DNA of 64,000 nt from Tubulanus polymorphus (taxonomy: Eukaryota; Animalia; Nemertea): positions 13,328,050 to 13,392,049 of the forward strand of contig NC_134026.1 of the NCBI RefSeq assembly GCF_964204645.1, given 5' to 3'. Under the pieces are notes generated by a model. The model searched no databases. It saw only the letters and a list, made by a program, of their open reading frames with translations, and was not told the DNA's origin. This document shows positions 54,556 to 64,000 of this stretch, piece by piece (position 1 is the first letter of the stretch; the number at the start of each line of letters is the position of its first letter). The translations under genes and the position numbers were made by a program.

Positions 54556-54787
54556 AAATAAATTCATATTTAAATGGGTGTTGTAATCGAAATAGTATTT
54601 TTGACCTTTTATTATTTTTCAATTTATCCATATATTCATTATGTAAATCATGTGGAATAATAACATTATCAAAATAGTTTTTATAAATAGTTTCTAATAA
54701 ATTTAATATAAAATAAGTTCTTCCACAATTTGTTACACCAGAAATTAACATATTATGAGGTTCAAATATAAATAATTCTTTATTCAT
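54554..54787 (-). pseudogene. Polinton packaging ATPase (A32/FtsK-like), internally deleted
   Basis: EPHNMLISGVTNCGRTYFILNLL (Walker A GxxxxG[KR]T) fused directly to a C-terminal tail; adjacent to the integrase. Confidence 0.75.
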
Positions 54788-54809
54788 TTATATATTTTTA
54801 ATTTTACTC

Positions 54810-55750
54810 GATAATATCCATTCATTGAATTTATTTACTAAAGAATATTTTTTTCTATTATCAGTTTTTGTTTTTAATTCTTTTTCAATTCTATATTCTT
54901 GTTCTAGATTTTCAGTAGTTAAACTTAATTCTTCTTCATAAAAGTACCCATCAACTTCTTCACCATCTAAATCTTCTAATTTATGGACATATGGTTTTGT
55001 TGTTATTACCTTTTTTATTTTATATATTTCTCTATTAAAATTACGATCGTATCCTTTGTCAAATACTTTTTATACTAGAAGAATGATAAGAATTATTGTA
55101 ACCTTCTATCAATTTTGGTAAAATATCAATCCATTTAAAATTATCATTTGCTGTAAAATATTTCCACATTCTTGTTGTTCATGTTCTATTAAATCTTTCA
55201 ACAACTGCTGCTTTTTTATCCGATTTTGTTGAAAAATATTCAATATTAAGATAATCTAAGAGTTCATGAAAAGATGAATTATCAAATTCTTTACCATCAT
55301 CAAATTGTATTTTTTCTGGCTTTATTTTACCACCTGACAGAAATTTTCTTTAAAAATGTAATGTTTGTACAGCATCTTTTCTGTAAAGTGGGAAGCTCCA
55401 TACATAACGACTAAAAATATCAATTATATTCAATATCCACCAATAATCATCATTATCTTTTTTAGGATTTTTCATATCAATCATATCAATTAAATCTCCT
55501 TGCCACTGTTGATCTACATAACTTACCATAGTTTTACGAGTTTTATATTTTCTAACAATTTTTCTATGTGTTGTATATGTTGGTTGTTCTAACATAAAAT
55601 CATTTATACTTTTATATTTAACTACATTTTGTGGGATTATCTTATCTAATTTATCTTGTTTTACTTGACGCCATACATTTTTGGTAGAAGAATAAGCAAC
55701 TGAACTCTCAGGGTTATCATATTAATTTCTTAAATATTGTTCTTTATCCT
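54810..55750 (-). pseudogene. Polinton retroviral-like (rve) integrase
   Basis: YTTHRKIVRKYKTRK...QWQGDLIDM...IIDIFSRYVW...QFDDGKEF...KAAVVERFNRT; DDE triad present, frameshifted. Confidence 0.9.
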
Positions 55751-55779
55751 TAATATTGAATACTATCTAATTGAGAATT

Positions 55780-56760
55780 TATAATATTTAATTGCGCGTC
55801 AGATATAAGATAAATATGCATTTTATAATTTAAACCTCCTTATATCTTTTTCATGAATAATTGTATTTCATCTTTTGTGTTCTGCAGCTTTCTCCCAGAA
55901 CCATTTAATAAGTTATCTTCAGTTGATCTAAAATCCAACCATAATGCATATTTATTGCCGGTATAATAATCAATTTGATTAATATTACAATCCTCAGTTA
56001 GTTTACTTCTTTCATTCATAAAATAATCTCTAATTTCTGGCCACTGATCAATCATTCTCATTCCCTGGCAAAATATTTTATTTGCTATACCTTCAATTGT
56101 TATTTCTACTTTTGATATTTCAGGATTATAATATTTATCAACTTTTATTGCACCATTAGAATATGTTGCAATGGTTAAAAGTATTAATATAACTTTAATA
56201 GATCCTCTTGGGAAGTTAATATTCTCATTAATATTTCATCATTTGCACTAATAGTTACAGTTTTAAATTCATCAATATAATTTTATAGTAATGAAAATCC
56301 TTGGTTACATTGAGTTTGAATTGTGCTCGCAATATTTTCATCAGTTACTGTATCATATTCTAAACATATATTTGATAATTCATAACCCATATCTTTAACA
56401 ACGCTAGATCGCACAATTTCATTAACAAGAGTAAATGTTATTTCGAATATAATATCCTCTTGTATTGCATTATTATTTATCAATTCAAAATCTAATGGCA
56501 TTTATATTTGCTTCCATAAATCTTTTTAATCAAATTATCTGCAGCATTATCTACTTAATCATTAGCGTCTTATCTTAATTTATTTTGATTTAAGGATTGG
56601 ATGCCTTGAAATATCATATTTTTTCTATTTTCTTTTTCTATTTTCTATTTTCTTAAATAAATTATAATCATCTAATGAAAAAACTGTTTCTGGTCCAATC
56701 TTTATAATTAATTTTTTAATTAAATATCTTCCAAAATTAGCTACAGCATAATTATTTTCA
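55780..56760 (-). pseudogene. Polinton major capsid protein (double jelly-roll/hexon-like)
   Basis: YELSNICLEYDTV, YNPEISKVEITIEGIANKIFCQGMR, YALWLDFRSTEDNLLNGSGRKL and CIFYLISDAQLNI match, by recall, the capsid gene of invertebrate Polintons/adintoviruses. Confidence 0.7.
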
Positions 56761-56771
56761 AATAATTGCAC

Positions 56772-57900
56772 TTACAACTTTATTTTAGAATCATTATCCA
56801 ATTTAATATTCTTAGTTTTTGTTTCAGTTGATTGAATATGTTTTTTAATTTTTTCACCTTCCATTAGTTTTGAAGCAGTAATAATCTTTTTATTTATGTC
56901 ATTTAATCCAAACTTATTATTTATTGTTGCAGTTTTAATTAGATTATTATAACCAATTATATTTCCCATTTTTAATACTAAATCATTATAAATAATTAAT
57001 AAATTAGGTCCTATACAATAATTTAATCTAACATGTGATTTATCTAAATAATCTTGATATCTTACAATGTTTTCGGGAATTGATCTAATTTAATCATTAT
57101 GAATTGAATCCTCAAATAATACTTTTGAATTGTTTTTGTGTATCAAATGATGTATTTACATTTCCAATTATTGGGGATCTTGTTTCAACCTGTGATCCTA
57201 ATATACAAATCAAATATATAAATATATTCTAATAAATTGATTTATTCGCTGTATACCAGGCTTGGTAAAACCTTCACTATTTTCTAACATAAAATCAACC
57301 CAACCATTATTATTTTCTTGTTTTAAATTATCATAGAACTTCGGCAATTTATTGAAATTTAATGTTTCTAAATCCATATTTTCTATTTTACCATAACCTA
57401 ATTTATTATTATAGATATTATAAAAACTATTAATTGGTAAGGGAAGTGTACAATATTCTGCAATTTTTTTAGGGCAAGGAAGTGATCCAATTTTTGTTCT
57501 AAAATCAGAATTATATATATTTATATTAAATTCATTACAAACTTTATAAAACATTGATGAATTAATATTATTATCTAATTCTTTAAAATATCTAGATCCT
57601 GGTAAAGGACACTCTAATTCATTTAATATTAATCTTATTTGAAAATAAGTATGAAATCTAAATAAACTTTGAATTAATTTATATTTAGAATTATTCAAAT
57701 GATCATTCCAGCTTATTCCACAACCTGTTGTAGCACAATAAACTGCAAAATTTAATTGGTCCCGCCATTACTTCATATAAGATTTTAATAACCATTGATT
57801 TTCATCTTTCATTTTTTTCAAATTAATTAAATATCCATGAAATATATTTTCCATCTTTACATTCAAATTATTAGTTTCAGTAACATAAATATCTAAATTA
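56772..57900 (-). pseudogene. Conserved Polinton protein of unknown function (FAVYCATTGCGISW motif)
   Basis: ORFs 57210-57698 and 56772-56969 plus upstream frames; a homologue lies in Polinton B at 42560-43310. Confidence 0.65.
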
Positions 57901-58049
57901 ATTAATGAATTTAAAACTACATTTCAATATGTGATATTTTTATTACAAATCTATTGCTGTATTGTATATTATATTTAATTGATTTATTATATTGAAGAGC
58001 TTTTGGAAAACTATCTACCATTTATATAATTAATTAAAATATTAATAAT

Positions 58050-58398
58050 TTATTGATTTGTTTAATTGTTTATCTTGTTCTTCAATTGTTATATTACCAT
58101 TTAAACTTATTATATGATCTAATGTATTTTTCAATTTATTTATTTCATTTATATTAGATTTAATTTTTTTAAGTTACTTTTTATATTTAATTTTGAACTT
58201 ATTCCGGTTAAAACACTTAAACTTAAACCTAGCGCACCAATTGTGATAGCTAATGGTGTTAATGGACTGAAGATATTTTTTCTTTTTGATTTTTAAATCA
58301 TTTTCAAATTCTAATATTTGTTTTTCCAAATACAATTTTGATTTTGTTTTATTTATATCATGAGGAATAATATCAGCATTATCAACTTTATCATCCAT
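58050..58398 (-). pseudogene. Polinton hydrophobic-hairpin protein (possibly adintovirus GasderminX-like)
   Basis: After a frameshift: PLAITIGALGLSLSVLTGISSKL...INKLKNTLDHIISLNGNITIEE. Homologue at 42120-42530; the family name is inferred. Confidence 0.4.
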
Positions 58399-58419
58399 TT
58401 ATTTAGAAAAAAAATTATT

Positions 58420-58838
58420 AATTAGTAAATTTATAAGCAACAAATAATACAATAACTGTTCCACCTAGAATCGGAATTATTTCATATTGTTGTTGTTTTT
58501 TACTTGGTGTATAATAATCTGATAATTTAGGTTTGTATAGATGTAATTTTTGTTTATTTGTTACTGCATTATATGAACTCATAGCTTCATCAACTGCTTG
58601 AAAATCTCTGTGTTATTTTTTGATTATATAATTCTCTATTGATATAATCCATATAATTTTGTCTTCATTCTCTATATTCTTCTGCTGCTTTATTTTATTT
58701 CTCTAATGCTAAGTTATGTCTTCTTTGTTCTGCTAATGAACTATTTTCATCAATATGCTTAAATAAATAAGCACCACCAGTAAATGCTAAGGCGTTAACG
58801 ATTGCTGATCCTATAATAGTTATAATTTCAGATGCCAT
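58420..58838 (-). pseudogene. Polinton small coiled-coil/membrane protein
   Basis: MASEIITIIGSAIVNALAFTGGAYLFKHID...EQRRHNLALEK...KPKLSDYYTPSKKQQQYEIIPILGG; the 3' part is also present in Polinton B near 41980-42100. Confidence 0.55.
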
Positions 58839-59630
58839 TTATTTAGTAAAAAAATTATGTATTTATATAGAAAGAATATATTTTTGTTTTTCTAAATAAT
58901 AAATTGTTAAAATAGATAAAGTTACTGCTAATGCTAATTTCAAAATATTTTTAATTTTAACTAAAAAGACTCTATGTTCAAGAGTTTTATTCGATATATC
59001 ATGAAAAGAATTACATAAACTTACATTTACGAATTTTAAACCAACACAATTTTTAAATTCTTAAATTTCTTAATTTTTAAATTTAAATAAATTTAATAAT
59101 TATGTTAAAAACATTCAGAAGTGTAAAATTAATGACTCAACAGTTAATGTTGATATTAACGAAAGTAATAATAATTCTGTTGAAGTTGAACCTGAAATTA
59201 TTTGGAAAAAGACCATTTCTATTTTATGACAAGAATAATATAAAAGATAATTTCTGTGAACCTTGTCGAATAAAATATAGCCCTGATAATATAGAAGATT
59301 TGGAGAATCATCAACTTCGTAAAGCACATATAGAGAAAATTTCTAATAAATTTGAAACAGAATTCAATGAAAGAAAAATAATATATTAGCAAAAATAAAA
59401 TACGAGAAAACGTTACCAGATAATAAAGAGACACTTGAAAAGTTAGAAAAACAATATGATGAATCTGTAAATTGATTATTACAACAAGTAATTCAAATCT
59501 ACATAATGGAACAATAAAACATAAAGAAAACGTAAGAAAATACCAAGAACTGAATGAAGATCTTTTACCAAGATATGATAGAAAATAATGCCCACAATGT
59601 ATTTATGAGTAGTTAAGACAAGAAGATTCT

Positions 59631-60259
59631 GTGATATTTTGTAATGAATGTGGTTGGCAAAAAAATTTATGGGGTGATGAAAAAACTAGAGATATTCTTA
59701 TGGAATCAAAATTAAAATATCTAGATGAAATTTTTAAGATATTTTCTATGGAAGATCATACACCAGAATATAAGCAATGGCTTGAAAAAATGAAAATGAT
59801 AGAAAATAAAAATGGTGAAATAACTAAGAAAGATATAATAAAAACAATTATTCCATCAACATGTAACACAAAAGAAAAGAAAATGTATTTATATTTATTA
59901 TTTAACGATTATTATAAAAAAAACCTTAATTAACAAAAGAAAATATGGAAAATATAAAAGAAACATTCACAAACATATTAAAATATTATGTGGATAATAA
60001 AATAACAGATTTTATCAATTATGAATTCTTTTTAAATAAGATTGTAAATTTTTTAAACATCGATATTATAATTCCATTTGATGAATTAACAAACAAAAAG
60101 AAACAAAGAAAGCGAGATGAAATGTGGAATGATATAGAATTTTATTTAAATGAGAAAAATGAAATGGAAGAACCTAAAGAAATTATAGGAAAACAATTTG
60201 ATGAATGTGAAGAAACCAATAGTGATTTCGAATATGATGATATTGATTTTCTGTTTTGA
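59631..60259 (+). CDS. Two small Polinton C hypothetical ORFs (59631-59933 and 59945-60259)
   Basis: Open frames of 100 and 104 aa convergent with pPolB; the first has a CxxC motif (CNECG). No family recognised. Confidence 0.4.
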
Positions 60260-60717
60260 TGGCCATAAGGTAATGTTTTTATTCCATCACCCAAAATCTA
60301 TCTTTTAAACTAGTTTTTTCAAGATTTAAACTAGTTTTTTTCAACTTCATTAATGTACATCTCGTGGTCTTCTGATCTTAAACAATTCATTTTATGTTTC
60401 ATTACAATTGAGTTATATAAACACTTTATATAATCTTGATATTCTATATGATTATCAACCACATGTTTTGTTATTCCTTTTAACTTTTTAGCTTCATGAT
60501 CTTTTGTTCTATAACTATACATTTTACTTCTTATCCCAATAAATTCAATCATTTCATCACCCCCTAATTCATCTTTAAATTTACCAGGCTGCTTTTTATT
60601 ATCATTGCTAAATAATTCATGATCTTTTGGATAATTGCTAAAATCAAAATGATGTTTTAATGTTTTTAAGTCTTTTGTTATGTCATTTGTCTTGATTATT
60701 AGTATGTACGCATCCGT
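60240..60717 (-). pseudogene. Polinton C pPolB C-terminal part, from motif C onward
   Basis: TDAYILIIKTNDITKDL...FDFSNYPKDHELFSNDNKKQPGKFKDELGG..MIEFIGIRSKMYSY...KLKGI...DGIKTLPYGH. Confidence 0.92.
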
Positions 60718-60975
60718 ATGGACTAGGATTAATGGAAACCCAGAATTGAATGTTCCATCTTCAGTTGATAAATCATAAACATAATCAGTTGGGTTATATA
60801 TTTCAAATAAATCTTAAACTTCTTCAGTTAACTCATTTTCTACATAGCTTGAATTAAAACAAAATACCATACCATTTTAAAATACCATTTTCCTAAATTA
60901 TGTTTTGCATTTAATACATAATCTTGCACTATACGAGTAAAATCCCACAATAAAAGAATTAGATGATAAAATGTT
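60718..60975 (-). other. Intein C-terminal remnant (blocks F/G) in frame with pPolB motif C
   Basis: In-frame NPTDYVYDLSTEDGTFNSGFPLILVH directly precedes TD(S>A), in place of the usual LLYxD. It matches the intein block F consensus VYDL[ST]x3-5F. Confidence 0.72.
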
Positions 60976-62150
60976 TATTAAAACATATAAGAAATATTTC
61001 GGGTGGTTACTACCACCCTTCTTCAGTCTAAAATGACTTGCCAAATACAGTATTAATACATGAAATATGAAATAAGACACGAATCGCTGCACATTACGTT
61101 ATGGAGACTAGAGCACTGACATAACTTGAAAGAAGTTTATTATGGGGGCTGAAACCATTATTTAGTTTGACAGAACGATCGGAATGAGTAGTAATTAAAG
61201 CAGATTCAACTATATGTCGTTTAGTGCGACTACTGTTGGAAAAGATAATATTGGCTCTAGAAAAATCAAAATTGTGTCCGGTAACCAAAGAATGGGAGAC
61301 TACCCCACTTTCTAATTTAACCCCATTAAAAAAATCTCGTTTATGTTCTTTAATACGATCCTTAATATTCCTACCGGTTTCCCCAATGTAAAAAAGGTTA
61401 CAATCAGAACAGTTGATTTTATAAACATCACAATGGACATTAGGGTTCAGATTGTTATTGGAGCAAAAATTAGAAATTTTCTTATTATACTTGAAAATCA
61501 AATAAGTATTCAAATGACGAAGAGCCGGTTTGAATTTGTCAAGGCAAGGGACAAAAGGAACTATAATTTTGTTTTTGGGTTTTGTTTTTGAGTCTAGGTT
61601 GGGCAGGAGAAAAATACTTTTTTGGCTTTGTGAAGGGCTTTCACTAAAATCTTGTCAGGGTATGCAAGTTTTTTGAAACTTGATTGAATATGTAAAATGT
61701 CATGTTCTAAAAAGTTTTTATCACAAATCCTATGAGCCCGAAGGAAAAAACCTTGAACAACGGCCACTTAAAGGTAAGTTGGAGTGAACGAGAAGAAATG
61801 TAGGTAGGATTCACAGTTAGTAGGTTTACGAAAAACAGAGAAACCTAATCTCGAATTAGAATTATGTATGAGAACATCCAGAAAAGGGCATTTTCCCGTC
61901 AACTTCAAGGAAGGATAAAAGGAATTGAGATATGTCAAAAATAATTCAAGGTTAAAATCAGTTGATACTAAACGTCAAATGTCATCAACATACCTGAGCC
62001 ATAGAAGAGGCGCGAACCAAGTGTATAGGGGTAAAATTTCCGATTCAATATGTTCTAAGGAGAGGTTAGCTAAAATCGGCGAGAGGGGGTCAACCATAGC
62101 GAAACCATATATTTGCTCAAAGAAAATGCCATAACATTGAAAATAGTAAA
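60975..62150 (-). mobile_element. 5'-truncated Penelope-like retroelement (RT C-terminus and GIY-YIG endonuclease) inserted in Polinton C
   Basis: GFAMVDPLSPILANL, WLRYVDDI, FSVFRKPTNCESYLHFFS and GIY-YIG VYKINCSDCNLFYIGETGRNIKDRIKEH. Confidence 0.92.
60991..61032 (-). ncRNA. Minimal hammerhead-like motif at the Penelope 3' end
   Basis: CUGAAGA-A-GGGUGG(UAGUAA)CCACCC-GAAAUAUUUC. The helix III region is a perfect palindrome; helix I is weak. Confidence 0.6.
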
Positions 62151-63397
62151 ATCTTTTATGTAATAATTCATCTCCAAAATGAATTTAAAAAAAGCAAAAA
62201 AGCAATTTAAAAAAGCAAAAAAAATACTTTAAATTCTCGCGTTGTACTAACATTACAGTAACTTAAATTTGCTGATATTTTATCTCCATATTTAGTTTTT
62301 ACCTTTTCTAATTTTAATATTTTATGATCAATTTCTTTTGTTACATCGACTAACTTTTTCAAATTGTCTTTTTGCTGGTGTTATTCTGTTATTTATTGTC
62401 GCTAAGAATCTCCCATTTACTGCTTGTGATGATGAGTGGTGTGTCGCCCTCTCGTCCTCTCCTCTGAAGCCCTGATTTTCCAATTACTTCCAGCTATCAG
62501 TGGCGTTTCGTGAATCGCGTTTACAAGTAGATGCGGATGGAGCGGATACCAAGTCCAACACCACACATGGGGAATTATTTGTTATGGCCAATTACAATTT
62601 TCTATTCCGAACGTTCCAATTACCCCACGAGTGTACTTATAATGAATAAATAACAATGGGTATGAAAGAGATGATTTTTAGGGATCAATAGTTTAAAAGG
62701 GAAATATATCTATACCGTTATTGGTGGCTCGCACCTCAGCGGTCACCTAGCACTTGGGTGCAAATATCGCTGTATTAAAGCATTTCTCGCAGTTTAACTG
62801 GTTCCTTCGAGCTCTGGTCGTTGGATGTTTCGGATCGTGGGCCATAGGAACATGTGTTGTAAGTTGGAAATTTTACTGTATTTTTGTCACTTTGAATTTA
62901 TACTTTAGTAGCTAGTGCAACTGAGAAATGTAGTATTTTACGTGGTTTAAGGCACTTTCGTTACCTATTATTAACGTGTATTCTTATTTAGTTGTTAATT
63001 AGACCGAAGTCGTTTTCAATTGTGTTACCTTCAAAGTAACGCCATACTTGGCAATATTTGCTATTAAGTCTGTTTATTGCATGCATTCTTTGAGACGTTA
63101 TTGTTCTAACATCAATGTCTTTAGCTTAGTATTTATCAAGGGAAATAAAGATTAATACATCATTATTCACCAACAAGACGCGTTAATCAATTATGGTCGG
63201 GGATTGCCATCGCCCACTATACCACCCCACGCCCCCCCCCCCAACCCACACACACACCTAATACGAATCCGAGGATCCAACAGGGTACTAATGTGAATGA
63301 ATTTAGATTTTCATATTCAAACATCCTTAAGATCGGCCTGCATTTTTAATGGGACACCCAGTAATAAAGATCATATATTGGCCAATCAGGGTCTTAC

Positions 63398-63514
63398 CGT
63401 TACTGATAAATTTGGCCACATATCCGTTTTTGTACTCCACGCATTGGAAAAATCGACAATTTTCTCCCCAGGTTGCGTCGACTTGAACACAGGTCCCGTT
63501 ATTTGTTTGACATC
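63398..63514 (-). CDS. Host gene internal exon (phase 1-1), cysteine-rich module 1
   Basis: gtattttag|GA TGT CAA...AGT AAC G|gtaaga; 117 nt: GCQTNNGTCVQVDATWGENCRFFQCVEYKNGYVAKFISN. Confidence 0.85.
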
Positions 63515-64000
63515 CTAAAATACATGGTATGGTACAGTTAAGTTTATATATATTTTCCTCGGACACCGAGGTTTAAATTCAGTATCCGTTATTTCTATAT
63601 ATACATCTATGATTTTTCTTTTTCGTTCGTTATCACTAAAGCTAGGTAGAGCTTAGTAAATGATGTTGGCTTTTCGGCATTTACCGTCCAATGGGCATGG
63701 TTCCTTTTTTTCTACAGATATACGGTGTATTTTCACGATTTTGAGCTGTTTTTGCGAGGATTTGTGCTGTTCAATATTATTTCTAATATTTGGTATACAA
63801 CTTTAACATAATTTGGGGTAATATAATGGGGAACCCGAACTGCTACTTTGGCTATCGAGGATTCCACGTATGGCAGGCGAGGATCCGTGAGGTAGATGGT
63901 TGGTTTTCCGCGTTCAATTTCCTTCTACATTTCGATTAAATCTGAATGAACATTTCCCTTAAATGAATCAATTATTCATGAAAAATATTATCGAAATCGG

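Larger units (their letters stand above)
52882..62488 (-). mobile_element. Polinton/Maverick C (adintovirus-like endogenous element) with both TIRs and a 6-bp TSD
   Basis: TIRs TGTTATTGGAAAATCAGGGCTT...GGGCGACACACCACT... and ...AAGCCCTGATTTTCCAATTACT. TSD TCCAGC at 52876-52881 and 62489-62494. Contains ATPase, integrase, capsid and pPolB remnants. Confidence 0.92.

Overview
AT-rich eukaryotic DNA, most likely an invertebrate animal (inferred from GT-AG introns and the transposon set). The window looks like the large introns of a minus-strand host gene. Three symmetrical phase-1 exons (63398-63514, 40815-40937, 12946-13062) each encode one GC-x6-C-x10/12-C-x4-C module. The introns hold nested, decayed mobile elements: a BEL/Pao integrase, two CR1/L2-group LINEs, a THAP+DDE ISL2EU/Harbinger-type transposon, MULE pieces and foldback MITEs, Kolobok-like and PIF-like MITEs, several Helentron-associated (HINE) elements, Penelope remnants with minimal hammerhead ribozymes, and at least four Polinton/Maverick (adintovirus-like) remnants. 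One Polinton (52882-62488) keeps both TIRs and a 6-bp TSD, plus integrase, packaging ATPase, major capsid and pPolB fragments. The most notable signal is in its pPolB: the C-terminal part of an apparent intein (DYVYDLSTEDGTFNSGFPLILVH|TD) sits exactly at polymerase motif C. Also notable is a spliced SGNH-hydrolase gene remnant inside a 5.6-kb HINE that itself interrupts another Polinton pPolB. All family calls come from reading motifs by eye; no database search was run.
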